This document shows, one piece after another, positions 8,801-18,498 of a DNA stretch of 64,000 nt. Position numbers and translations under genes: made by a program. Numbering within the stretch: the stretch's first letter is position 1; the number at the start of each line of letters is the position of its first letter. The notes under the pieces are model-generated. The model made no database searches, was not told the origin of the DNA, and saw only the letters and a list, made by a program, of their open reading frames with translations. The stretch comes from a virus. Location: the IMG/VR virus record IMGVR_UViG_3300047094_002472. One strand, given 5' to 3'.

Positions 8801-11404
8801 TTACACCATAATCCAGTTCGACCCATCGCTAATCACAGATATAGACATATCCATTCTGTTAAGACCTATAGAATCATAACCGTCTATCGTTTGAGATGAA
8901 TGTGGATATAAATATATGGTATCTGATGTCTTATTTTTAAGAGTATATTGAGCTTTGTTATTAATCGCAGTTGGTAATATTAGTTTGTATCCCACAGCAC
9001 TATCTTTAAAAATATATACGTATTCTTTTGTGATGCTACTAAAATCACCAGTAATATCGATGGGATCATCATGAACCAACACGGACGTTGCCAAATACTC
9101 AAGTGGTACTCCTGTTGCAACAATAGAAACCACCCTATTTTCAAAATCGCTAATATCTGTACTAATATGCTGATGGCCAACTAAAGAGTAGTCACCAGAT
9201 GCTTGTTTATTATTTATCTGTGTTTGTAGGTTGCTAATATCGGTATTAGTTGCATAGTCGCCAGTGGCTTGTTTATTGTCTAGAGCAGTTTGTAGTCCAG
9301 TAATATTATCAATAATGTGGGTATGTGTGGCATTGGCATAATTTCCGGCTGGCTGCAAACCAGAAGTTGATATACTTAGGGTGTCTGCTGATGTATTATA
9401 AGTTAAAACTATATTACTACCAGCTATTAATGATGTGCTAACAATTGACTCTACGCCAGTATTGAAGTTAGAAATGTCAGAATATGTATGATTATGCCCA
9501 ACTGAAGACTTAAGGTCTAATGCTGTTTGGGTCGCACTACTGATTGGTTTATTAGCATCGCTAGTGTTATCGACACTACCTAGACCAACCATGCTTTTGG
9601 TAATGCCAGCCACAGTTCCCGTAAAGGTCGGGTTAGCAAGAGGAGCTTTAAGGTCTAAAGCACTTTGCTGTGCTGTGCTAACTGGCTTGTTAGCGTCACT
9701 GGTGTTGTCAACGTTGCCTAATCCAACATCATTTTTGACTAGACTAATATTACCGATTTTACCAGCCACGCTTTGTACGGGAGCAGCAGCACTAGCTCTG
9801 GCGTCGGTATAGTATTTATTGACACCGCCTTCTGCTATGCTATCCGTACTACCTGGGGAAGCAGTAATCTCTATGTACGAGCTTCCACCCCAACGGTATG
9901 TTTTATTGTTATCCAAGGATATATAAATTTTTCCAGTTTCGCCAACGACAGGAAATGTGGAGAGGTTTAAGTACTCTAAAACATCATCTATATAGCTTGG
10001 TAATTGAACCGCTGGTACAAGCCCATTAATCAATGTAGCATAATTACCAACAGGTTGTTTATTGTCTAGTGTATTCTGCAGATTACTTATATCTGATATG
10101 TTGTGGCCATGAGCCAGAGCAGCTTTATTATCTAGTGCTGTTTGTAAGCCATTAATTGTGGCAATATCTTGGGTACCAGTATGATTGGCTCTTTGTATAG
10201 AATGTGCTTGAGCAGAGTTTGCTTTTGTTGAGGCGTCTATGGCGGCGTTTGCTTGTACAGCCGCATCTGCTGAAGCCTGTGGAACACTAACTGGTTTATT
10301 TATATCGCTGATGTTATCAACATTGCCTAAACCGACCATGCTTTTAGTTATACCGTTAACAGTGCCAGTAAAAGTTGGGCTAGCAAGTGGAGCCTTAAGA
10401 TCTAAAGCACTTTGCTGTGATGTGCTAACCGGCTTATTGGTATCGCTAGTGTTATCAACATTGCCTAGGCCAACCATGCTTTTGGTTATGCCATTCACAG
10501 TACCGGTAAACGTGGGATTAGCAAGAGGAGCTTTGCTGTCTAGACCGGTCTGCAATCCACTTACTTCGCTGATAGCGTGGTTATGGGTAGCAGCAGCATA
10601 ATTCCCAGCGGGCTGTTTGCTGTCTAGTGCAGTTTGAACCGCTGTGCTAATGGGCTTGTTAGCATCGCTAGTGTTGTCAACATTACCTAGATTAACGTCG
10701 TTTTTATTGAGTGTGACCGCACCAGTCTTGCCGGATACGCTTTGTACTGGTGCTGCTGCGCTTGCCCTAGCATCTGTATAATACTTATTAGTATTGCCTT
10801 CTGGTACAGAGTCTGATGATCCTGGTGAAGCACTAATCTCTATGTATCCTGTACCACCCCAACGATAGACTTTACTATTATCTAAAGATACATAAATTTT
10901 ACCACTCTCACCGCTTATAGGAAAAGATGATAAATTATTATATTCTAGGATATCGTCAACATAACTTGGTAGTTGAGACGGAGGTATCAATCCATTAATT
11001 AAAGTGGCATAGTTACCTACCGGCTGTTTATTATCAATTTGACTTTGTAGACCACTTATTGTAGATGATATATTATTATTTATAAATGTAGATAAATTGT
11101 TTATATCTTCTGGATTATGGCTATGAGTTTTATTAGCATAGTCTCCGGTAGAGGATATTGTTATTGATGGCTGATTAATATCATATTCTATATCTATTCC
11201 GGATCCAGCATTAATAACAGAGAATAGTCTAGAGTCTATATTAGAATTAAAATCTGATGGTAGTAAAGCAACACTATTGGTTATCTCTAAATTAACAGCT
11301 GAAGAAGTTATAATATCTATATTAGATGGATTTTGTCCCACCGTCGTTTCTATTTCAACGCTGGTAACCTGGGATGGAGAAATTTCAACAGTAAATATAC
11401 TCAT
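8801..11404 (-). CDS. long tail fibre protein
   Basis: Repeated KSMVGLGNVDNTSDxNKPVS and HxH..I.GLQTALD motifs; duplicated QLPSYxDDxLEY...YRWGG module. Confidence 0.8.
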   Translation of the reverse strand: MSIFTVEISPSQVTSVEIETTVGQNPSNIDIITSSAVNLEITNSVALLPSDFNSNIDSRLFSVINAGSGIDIEYDINQPSITISSTGDYANKTHSHNPEDINNLSTFINNNISSTISGLQSQIDNKQPVGNYATLINGLIPPSQLPSYVDDILEYNNLSSFPISGESGKIYVSLDNSKVYRWGGTGYIEISASPGSSDSVPEGNTNKYYTDARASAAAPVQSVSGKTGAVTLNKNDVNLGNVDNTSDANKPISTAVQTALDSKQPAGNYAAATHNHAISEVSGLQTGLDSKAPLANPTFTGTVNGITKSMVGLGNVDNTSDTNKPVSTSQQSALDLKAPLASPTFTGTVNGITKSMVGLGNVDNISDINKPVSVPQASADAAVQANAAIDASTKANSAQAHSIQRANHTGTQDIATINGLQTALDNKAALAHGHNISDISNLQNTLDNKQPVGNYATLINGLVPAVQLPSYIDDVLEYLNLSTFPVVGETGKIYISLDNNKTYRWGGSSYIEITASPGSTDSIAEGGVNKYYTDARASAAAPVQSVAGKIGNISLVKNDVGLGNVDNTSDANKPVSTAQQSALDLKAPLANPTFTGTVAGITKSMVGLGSVDNTSDANKPISSATQTALDLKSSVGHNHTYSDISNFNTGVESIVSTSLIAGSNIVLTYNTSADTLSISTSGLQPAGNYANATHTHIIDNITGLQTALDNKQATGDYATNTDISNLQTQINNKQASGDYSLVGHQHISTDISDFENRVVSIVATGVPLEYLATSVLVHDDPIDITGDFSSITKEYVYIFKDSAVGYKLILPTAINNKAQYTLKNKTSDTIYLYPHSSQTIDGYDSIGLNRMDMSISVISDGSNWIMV

Positions 11405-11805
11405 GTTGAGCAGCTCAGTTGTTCTGTTGATTGGCTAAATCGTTTTAGTATTGTAACTGTGCCATAAAGAACTCTTTCAACATTTTTTCCACCCCCAAGA
11501 TAAAGGTCTTGCGGTGTTTGTATTTCTAGATCATATTTAGCATTGCTAAAAGCATAATTATTTGTGACACCAGCGGGGATAAGTAGTGTTATTTTCCCGT
11601 TTAGAGGATCAATAGTAAACTTATATTGTGAATAATTTGTATTTTCCGAGCTAAATATCATACTTTCACCGCTGCTGGTTTTCCATATTACCCTAGCACA
11701 ATATCCTGTCATATTTATAGGATTACCAGAATCGTTACGATGGACTATGGATAGTCTAAAAGAGGAACCCTGTTCTATAGAGAAGTCGTATTTGCTAGCT
11801 GCCAT
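11401..11805 (-). CDS. fibre/baseplate-associated Ig-like (BppU-N-like) protein
   Basis: IEQGSSF...INMTGY.AR...GKITL...YDLEI...RVLYG pattern. Confidence 0.6.
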   Translation of the reverse strand: MAASKYDFSIEQGSSFRLSIVHRNDSGNPINMTGYCARVIWKTSSGESMIFSSENTNYSQYKFTIDPLNGKITLLIPAGVTNNYAFSNAKYDLEIQTPQDLYLGGGKNVERVLYGTVTILKRFSQSTEQLSCST

Positions 11806-11808
11806 ATT

Positions 11809-12129
11809 TTAGCTTCTTTCTATTCTTTCTTCTAGGGCTTCCAGAGTTTTTCCCAACATAACTATTTGAACCTTAAGTTCATTCATGACTTCGGTATTTC
11901 TTTGCAAGGCTGCTGCAAAAGCAGCTTGTGTTTCCTTGTTAGTATTTAATCTCTCTAGAATAAACTGTCTGTCATGAACATATGGGGATTGGGTTTCTAT
12001 CATAACTAACACCTCTGCCTTAGTGGCCATGTTTCGACCTATAGCCACCCAAAACCCCACCATTGTCACTATAATACCAATACTCGTTGTGGCAATATTT
12101 TCCCAAAAATGTATTATGGTATCACTCAT
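11809..12129 (-). CDS. membrane protein with coiled coil
   Basis: N-terminal TM segment, heptad-rich C-terminus. Confidence 0.55.
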   Translation of the reverse strand: MSDTIIHFWENIATTSIGIIVTMVGFWVAIGRNMATKAEVLVMIETQSPYVHDRQFILERLNTNKETQAAFAAALQRNTEVMNELKVQIVMLGKTLEALEERIERS

Positions 12130-12149
12130 AGCTTAGGTCTTTCTATATT

Positions 12150-12188
12150 AAAACTATAAGCCAACGATACACGAGGCATCATTGGCTT
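12150..12188 (-). terminator. intrinsic terminator
   Basis: AAGCCAATGATGC-CTCGT-GTATCGTTGGCTT stem followed by ATAGTTTT, downstream of 12221..13045. Confidence 0.6.
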
Positions 12189-12220
12189 TAGTTGTATCGT
12201 TAATTATTACGTTATATTAA

Positions 12221-13045
12221 TTAGTTGGTCTTTGCCTTATAATCTGATGTTACAGGAACATTTGCTCCGATCTTGTAAACTAGTTGACCGGGGAGTGTTC
12301 TTGTTGGATTAGCAGCATTATCTGTTGCAAGAGTATCGACTGCTACAACAGGATATCCAGCCTCGAAACGACCAGTATATTTGTTGTATTTGTTCTCTCT
12401 TATGGCTGTGGTGAAGCGTCTTGTTCTTAGAACATTAAGCTTGTTAATGCTTTGAACAAGTTGTGGCTGAGCAGCGCCGCTTCTTAGTACGGTGTTGCTA
12501 ACGCCGCCAAGAGTTACGGTGACCTTCTTACCAACTGGTGACTGGTTGTTATATGCAAAAACACCAGAGCTTACGCCCTTGTCTGTGTTAACTCCATCAA
12601 CAACGACCGAGCCAACAACTTGTCTTTCGCCACCATAGACTTTGTCAGCGGATTCTACTCGTGCATCAGCAATGTTGCCGCCAGCTTTGATTGTGCCACC
12701 ATCATTTGTTGCTTTATTACCACTGATATAATAAACACTGCCCGCTGTTGTTGCTGGGGCGGCTGTTGTTGGAGTGGTTGTTGTGCCTGATGATACTAAG
12801 TTTACAACGCCGGAAGCGAAAACACCAGAAAGGGGTGATCCGCCAACTTTAGTAAAGGTAAAGGATTGACCGATATATTTTGCTGGTAGTGTGACTCCAG
12901 CTGCTTCTACTCCATCAACAAATAGCTGCATGGTTTCCGGAAGCATTGATCCAGAAGCAACTGTTGTATATGTTAGTGTGTCGGCCCCAGCAGAGGCCAT
13001 TGTGATATCTTGTGATGTGCTTGATGGGCCAGTAAGAGTTGGCAT
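12221..13045 (-). CDS. probable abundant structural protein
   Basis: Own GGTGTA motif and terminator; G/T/S/V-rich two-domain protein with TTPTTAAP linker. Confidence 0.6.
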   Translation of the reverse strand: MPTLTGPSSTSQDITMASAGADTLTYTTVASGSMLPETMQLFVDGVEAAGVTLPAKYIGQSFTFTKVGGSPLSGVFASGVVNLVSSGTTTTPTTAAPATTAGSVYYISGNKATNDGGTIKAGGNIADARVESADKVYGGERQVVGSVVVDGVNTDKGVSSGVFAYNNQSPVGKKVTVTLGGVSNTVLRSGAAQPQLVQSINKLNVLRTRRFTTAIRENKYNKYTGRFEAGYPVVAVDTLATDNAANPTRTLPGQLVYKIGANVPVTSDYKAKTN

Positions 13046-13099
13046 AGTTTAAACCCTCTATATATTAGTTTGGTTAAATAGTCAATATTTGATACACCA

Positions 13100-13780
13100 C
13101 TATTGTGTATTCTTTTGTTTTTCTAGTAAAATTTTTATAAGGCTCTGTAAAGCAGGACGAGAGAATACTCTGACCCCATATAGGCCAGTTTTTTCTATAA
13201 TATTGAAGTGATTTTCTGTCCAACTGTTGCCGGTACAATACACATTAATGTCTTTAGAGTTTTCGTGTAAAAACACAGAGGCTATAAGATTATCAGCCAA
13301 ATTATCTAAAAAATACCCAGTAGAAGGAAAAACTTCTCTAATATTAAAGCTATCTAGTATTTCACAAAGCTTTTTCAGGCATTGATGATCGAATACCCTA
13401 TACTCTAAGATATATCTAGTTTTTAGACCATGCTCATTACAATATTCTGATATTGTTCTAATATCTTCTCTGATCTTGTCATATTTTCTATTAGAAACAA
13501 GATTTTGCGGCATTACAATATCTATAGAGGTAGCGCCCGCCTTAAAGGCTTGCTCTATGGCCGTTTTTCTGCTCAATAGATCAGATGTGCCACAAGGAAA
13601 ATCCACAAGACAAGAAAGAGATGTTGCGGATTTATCGACCAGAGACTTGATTATTCTTAGATAATAATGTGAGCAAGTTATAGAGTTTATTTTTATTGGC
13701 TCTGAAATAATGCCATTGACCAAATCTTTTACTTCTGCTTCATTTTTGTCTGTGTCTATTATGGCAAAATCTATGTGCAT
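13100..13780 (-). CDS. DeoC-like TIM-barrel protein, apparently lacking catalytic lysines
   Basis: CLVDFPCG, AGATSIDIVM, RYILE and PSTGYF match deoxyribose-phosphate aldolase, but KTSTG is replaced by FPSTG. Confidence 0.7.
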   Translation of the reverse strand: MHIDFAIIDTDKNEAEVKDLVNGIISEPIKINSITCSHYYLRIIKSLVDKSATSLSCLVDFPCGTSDLLSRKTAIEQAFKAGATSIDIVMPQNLVSNRKYDKIREDIRTISEYCNEHGLKTRYILEYRVFDHQCLKKLCEILDSFNIREVFPSTGYFLDNLADNLIASVFLHENSKDINVYCTGNSWTENHFNIIEKTGLYGVRVFSRPALQSLIKILLEKQKNTQ

Positions 13781-14448
13781 TATTTTTGTTTTTTCGTATA
13801 GTTTTTTATATAGTCAATATTTGGATATTTCTTGCTACCAAGAATACCGTCAGCGAAACCATAATTAACCGCTTCTTCAGCTGTTAATATCCAATCGCAT
13901 TTATTGGCTAATTGCGACACAATATGTTTTTTTGCCATCATTCTTTTCCAATTTTTTTCTTTCGCCATACTACTCTGCATACACCTATCTGTGAATATGT
14001 CCACCATTTTATCGCATTCTTGTTCGTTCCATTTAATAGAACTCGCTGCTGCTTTTGAGTGTTCGCCATCTAAGCTAAATGACCCATAATGAATCAGAAC
14101 ATTAGTATTAGGCATTAATATCCTGAGATCAGCAGACTGTAATAAGACGCTGCTAGAGGACTCGGCTCTTGCATATGCTAAAATTATAGTTTTTGCTTTG
14201 GATGCCTTGATGGCGTCATACATCCCTAAGCAGTCTTGCCATTCTCCTCCTGGCAAATGCATATGTATAAAAATAGGGTCTAAAGATATAAGATTCAGAT
14301 ATCTTAGATTTTTTTCAAAAATTACAGCAGACCTATAATCTAGATTGCTTTCTTCGATATTATCCAAAGGAGCATGGAGGTATATCTCTCTATTTTCTAT
14401 GTCGATATTATTAGTGTGTATATCATTGATAGTGTTATGGGTATTCAT
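13780..14448 (-). CDS. clpP: ClpP-like protease
   Basis: HLPGG, AESSS (Ser), LIHYG (His), DWILTAEEAVNYGFAD (Asp). Confidence 0.85.
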   Translation of the reverse strand: MNTHNTINDIHTNNIDIENREIYLHAPLDNIEESNLDYRSAVIFEKNLRYLNLISLDPIFIHMHLPGGEWQDCLGMYDAIKASKAKTIILAYARAESSSSVLLQSADLRILMPNTNVLIHYGSFSLDGEHSKAAASSIKWNEQECDKMVDIFTDRCMQSSMAKEKNWKRMMAKKHIVSQLANKCDWILTAEEAVNYGFADGILGSKKYPNIDYIKNYTKKQK

Positions 14449-14884
14449 ATTTATTATCTAAGAATTTATATACGGTCTTATTTATAGCATTCATAACCAA
14501 TGCGTCATCGAAGCATTTGCCTGTGGCGATTCTAAATCTATATCTAGTAAATACATCTAAGGTTTCAACACCATCAACGCTCTCTAATATATCTATGATT
14601 TCTTTGGTAATATCAAAGTTGGTGTGGCCTGTCCAGAAATTAAAGATCTTTCCAGAAGCGGTGTGTTCATTATATGGAATAATACCCATAGGAGAAGCTA
14701 TAACTTTAATACTTTCCCCAGCCTGCTTTGGTATTGGTTGATCTTCGGTATCGGAGTCTTGATTTCTATACAAGTCTATATCGAGACTCTCGTTATCGTA
14801 GTCTGTCCATCGGCTTTGATCGGTATCCTTGCCAAAAGGATCAATCCATTTTTGCCAAACTATTAGTGGTTTTTTTGATGTCAT
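14435..14884 (-). CDS. conserved hypothetical phage protein
   Basis: FWTGHTNFDIT...GVETL..FTRYRFRI motif; operon context. Confidence 0.6.
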   Translation of the reverse strand: MTSKKPLIVWQKWIDPFGKDTDQSRWTDYDNESLDIDLYRNQDSDTEDQPIPKQAGESIKVIASPMGIIPYNEHTASGKIFNFWTGHTNFDITKEIIDILESVDGVETLDVFTRYRFRIATGKCFDDALVMNAINKTVYKFLDNKYEYP

Positions 14885-14958
14885 ATAGTTTCTTAAGAAG
14901 AATACACGAGAATTACTACTATCAATATACCCCGCAAGGCTATTGTTATAGTAGGAGT

Positions 14959-15366
14959 CTATTTATCCGTACCAAGAAAAACATTTCTTGGGCGTATAAA
15001 AGGCCTATTCTCAGTATTTTTAGCCACTTTATGCTCGTCATTAATTGGTCCTGTGGCCAACATCATGCCCCAAGAGATAAGAATAGTTTCTAGTGTTGGT
15101 GCCATTAATGGTTTCTGCTTTGACAAACTAACTATCAAATCGAGGGTAGCTTGTTCATAATTACTATTATTGATATCAAATAGCATCTTAGCAAAATCCT
15201 CACAGGACTTTGTATCCTTATTATTTAGTTCCAAAGCAACCCATGACCTACCAAAACCATCAATAGAAAAAGTTATACTGTTTTTGTCTGACTGCTTTGT
15301 TGTTTGTGGTTCGGCAGTAGAACTTTTATTGATAAATAAGTTTTTAAGAGATGAGAATATATTCAT
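14959..15366 (-). CDS. hypothetical protein
   Basis: Overlapping ORF in operon. Confidence 0.55.
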   Translation of the reverse strand: MNIFSSLKNLFINKSSTAEPQTTKQSDKNSITFSIDGFGRSWVALELNNKDTKSCEDFAKMLFDINNSNYEQATLDLIVSLSKQKPLMAPTLETILISWGMMLATGPINDEHKVAKNTENRPFIRPRNVFLGTDK

Positions 15367-15752
15367 TTTAGCTTTTGTATAACCTCAAAAATTAAGCCAG
15401 CATACTCTGTTGAAGGATTCTGGAAATTAAAACTGATCCAGTGCGAATCAAAATTCTTAACGTTTTCTTTTATTAGGAAAGAATAAACTAAATTAATTGT
15501 ATTCTTTTTTCTTGGTTTAATTATTGTTGAGTTAGCAGAGACTATTTGAGGACTTAACTCAAACTGACTGGTCATTAAAAACTTTCGCATGTGGTCTATC
15601 AGGCTATTATCTATAGAGTTAGCATTCTTAGTATCAATTTCTAGCACTGGAAACTCTATTGAGTTTTCTGTTGTAGAGAGAATATACGTCTTATTTTCTT
15701 CTAAGTTTGTTGTGATAGCCACACAGTAGGCATCTATATTAAATTTGCTCAA
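15363..15752 (-). CDS. hypothetical protein
   Basis: TTG start overlapping the stop codon of the sigma gene. Confidence 0.55.
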   Translation of the reverse strand: MSKFNIDAYCVAITTNLEENKTYILSTTENSIEFPVLEIDTKNANSIDNSLIDHMRKFLMTSQFELSPQIVSANSTIIKPRKKNTINLVYSFLIKENVKNFDSHWISFNFQNPSTEYAGLIFEVIQKLK

Positions 15753-16396
15753 GTTAGAACTCCTCTGATTGTGTCGAGGGCTTTATTTAGGCCTTGTCTG
15801 ACAGCCTCTCTAGTGACCCCGTACTTGCTTCCAATTTGTTCGAATGTATAAGATTCAAAGTAATATAATTTGATATAGTCTTTTTGTTTATCTGTCAAAC
15901 TATTTAGTGAAAGAAGCTGTTCTATAAGAGATGATAAATTTTCTGATTCTTCATTTTTCATAGCTATATCATCGGGTTGCTCACATCTAGCATCGGCAGA
16001 CAGTGAATGATAGCCGCTATCATTTTCATCTGTTACATAATCTAGAGAATAAGCCTTTGTTCTCTTGGTGTGCTTATGTTCCTTTGAAACATATGTTTTT
16101 ATGGCCCACAAAGCACACTGATTTCTGTAAGAGTACTTGGTTTTCTTTGCTCCATTTAGTCCAAGCCTATTATCATCCCATCTCCAATCCGCCATCATGA
16201 TAGCATTAGCTATTGAGGATACCGCGTCCTCGTCCTTAAGCATTTTTGCTGATAGTCCACTATAAAATTTTGGACCAAACTTAGATATGGCCTTTTTTGC
16301 TAGTAGTATATAAGTTTTTAGATCGTCAAACTTTATGGTGTTGTGGTCTTTGTATTCGATTTTTTGATCGCCGATTCCATTAATCTGTAATAGCAT
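15749..16396 (-). CDS. phage sigma-70 family factor
   Basis: Region-4 HTH LTDKQKDYIKLYYFESYTFEQIGSKYGVTREAVRQ; region-2-like AIMMADWRWD...YSY...WAI. Confidence 0.8.
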   Translation of the reverse strand: MLLQINGIGDQKIEYKDHNTIKFDDLKTYILLAKKAISKFGPKFYSGLSAKMLKDEDAVSSIANAIMMADWRWDDNRLGLNGAKKTKYSYRNQCALWAIKTYVSKEHKHTKRTKAYSLDYVTDENDSGYHSLSADARCEQPDDIAMKNEESENLSSLIEQLLSLNSLTDKQKDYIKLYYFESYTFEQIGSKYGVTREAVRQGLNKALDTIRGVLT

Positions 16397-16471
16397 TGGT
16401 TTCCTTTGTGTAATCCTTGGGGTTTGTGTCCTTATGTCTTGAATCGACCGTGGGCGACTCAGACTTTAGTG

Positions 16472-16499
16472 AGAATACCTGATGTATTCCAAAAGTCAA
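16472..16499 (-). promoter_or_regulatory. sigma70-like promoter of the sigma gene, with an overlapping inverted repeat
   Basis: TTGACT-16-TATTCT; GAATAC-N5-GTATTC. Confidence 0.5.
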
Positions 16500-16963
16500 C
16501 TAGTCTTCTTTGTCAACTTGTTCCACTGGTCTGGGTCGGGCCTATCCTTATCTCCTCGTTTAGCTGGCTTATATTTCTTTCCTTCTCTTTGCTTCTTTTT
16601 ACGAATATTCTCCCATAATCCCGGAAGATCTTTCTTTGCTACATTGTGTTGAGCTTCAGAAACATACATAATAAAATCATGTATAGTTCTCATATAGTCT
16701 TCTGTTATGGCTATTTTCCCTTGTAGCCAGCTTTCTGTTAGGTTGTCTCGCACCGTTGGGTTTTCTAAAGAATCGAGAATAGATTTGCTATGATTCATAA
16801 TCGCCCTGATCGACCCAACACTCATTTCATAGAAGTCTTTCTTATATTCCATCATTTCTTGTTCTGTTGTTTCTATTTCTTCCATAGACATAAAGTCTTC
16901 AGATTCTTCAGCAGAAGAAAAGTATTGCTTGATATTGTTCAGTATTTCATTAAATCGTGACAT
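16496..16963 (-). CDS. hypothetical protein (basic tail typical of head-associated proteins)
   Basis: LTESWLQGKI and GLWENIRKKK...RPD motifs. Confidence 0.55.
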   Translation of the reverse strand: MSRFNEILNNIKQYFSSAEESEDFMSMEEIETTEQEMMEYKKDFYEMSVGSIRAIMNHSKSILDSLENPTVRDNLTESWLQGKIAITEDYMRTIHDFIMYVSEAQHNVAKKDLPGLWENIRKKKQREGKKYKPAKRGDKDRPDPDQWNKLTKKTS

Positions 16964-17009
16964 GTTTGATCCTTTTTATTGGTTCAGTTCAGAAATTATT
17001 TTATGGTTG

Positions 17010-17750
17010 TTAACTATTGTTTTCTTTTTGAATGGTTTTAAGTAGTCTATAGTACACTGCTTTAGCTTTACTATGATCATATCCACTTATTTTAGCATAG
17101 TCTTCTATGATTCTTTTAGGAGTTTTATTTTTGTCGTAGACCCGATTAAAAATTTCTAATTGTTTTTGTTTTGTTAATCCAATATATTCTGGTTTATATA
17201 GTCTCAACCAATCTTTAAATTTTGACCTGTTAATACTATGTCTTGTTGCAAAATCCTGTTGTGTTTCTAGGGGGTTGGTTGCCCAATCTTCTATTAATTC
17301 TATAACTCTATTATATGGAATCGTTAAGTTTCTATCTCTATTGGCAATAATTTTATTTTTATCTTTGTTTATTCTCTTAAGGGCTTTTGATATTTTATTT
17401 CTAGTAGATTTTGTTCTTTTTTTATGTATATAAGAATAGTCAGTTGAGCTAGATAAAATATTGGTTAAGAATCCGGTTTTATTGACTTTTCTTCCAAACC
17501 ATCTTATTAAGAATTCTTCTCTACTCTCTGCCTCCTCTTTAGTCTTGATTTGCCAAAGAACTTTAACAAAAAAATCATACTTTGCAATTGTATTCAGCTT
17601 ATAGGGGTTGCTCTTTTCTTTTTGATGATTCTGCATTCTAAAATAGAAATTTTTATCTGAAGAAGAAATTCCTATATAAAATAAATTTTCTTCCAAAAAA
17701 CCAGTTTTATACTTTGTGTTTTTCTTGTATAGTGCGTATACGTAGTACAT
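17010..17750 (-). mobile_element. free-standing GIY-YIG-type homing endonuclease
   Basis: YYVYALY...FYIG...R..NH...REEFLI...LTN; very AT-rich; own GGTGTA motif and SD-occluding hairpin. Confidence 0.7.
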
Positions 17751-17807
17751 AATGGTGATGCTCCATAAGAGAAATACACCATAAAAATAGGATCTCCAAA
17801 ATTATAT

Positions 17808-18458
17808 TTAGGTTAAATCGGATACTTTTTTATTTGACCAAAATTTGCAGGACCAATATTTGGCCTTATATCTTGGACCAGGATTATCACATCCGTGTCT
17901 GGCTCGAAAATTTTTACGACGTTCAGGACTATCTCTTTTTATAGATCGCTCTGGATCACCAAAATTTACCTTTACAACATTCCCCTTATCGTTCTTTACA
18001 TAAACGCTGAATTTTTTAGGACCGTCAGGGGTTCTAAAGGGTTTATTGAGTTGAACCTTTCTGCCTTGATATTCTGATCCTTGAGACATAAAAACTAGAA
18101 CTCTGCCGTCTTTTTTCTTTATTCCAGGGTTTTGAAAATAATAAAGTTCTTGCGTTAAAGGATCCATATAAATATATCTAGCTATTATTGGTAATATATA
18201 TTCTTCAGAAGCTTCTCCAACATCCATATATTCATTATCGGCTGGAAAATAAGCATTACTCTCCGTTAATAGCTCAACATCAGGATCGTGTTCTAGTATT
18301 TCGCATACCTGTTCTACAAGAGAGGCTTTGGTTTGACCTAGACAAACAGCTACTCTTTGTTTAGAGTCATCATAGTCCTTTTTCATAGCTTCATCACTCA
18401 TGCAACGAGAAAGAAATTTCTGTTCGTCTTCGTTGTTCTCTGGTTTTGGAATAGGCAT
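17808..18458 (-). CDS. conserved phage protein (YQGRKVQLNKP...VNFGDP...ARH..C family); start MPIPKP
   Basis: Motifs seen in large myoviruses; AGGAG SD before 18458. Confidence 0.65.
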   Translation of the reverse strand: MPIPKPENNEDEQKFLSRCMSDEAMKKDYDDSKQRVAVCLGQTKASLVEQVCEILEHDPDVELLTESNAYFPADNEYMDVGEASEEYILPIIARYIYMDPLTQELYYFQNPGIKKKDGRVLVFMSQGSEYQGRKVQLNKPFRTPDGPKKFSVYVKNDKGNVVKVNFGDPERSIKRDSPERRKNFRARHGCDNPGPRYKAKYWSCKFWSNKKVSDLT

Positions 18459-18498
18459 GTAGTATCTCCTTAGTGTAATTATACACCGCAATTTGATC

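Noticed and set aside
15363-15752. Possible degenerate NUDIX fold
   Set aside because: No Nudix box; the resemblance is too weak to assert without a structure search
17010-17750. Group I intron around the endonuclease genes (also 59256..59858)
   Set aside because: Flanking genes look complete, and there is no space for an intron core
17790-17804. AATTTTGGAGATCC echoing the NFGDP codons of the neighbouring gene
   Set aside because: Short AT-rich match that could be chance
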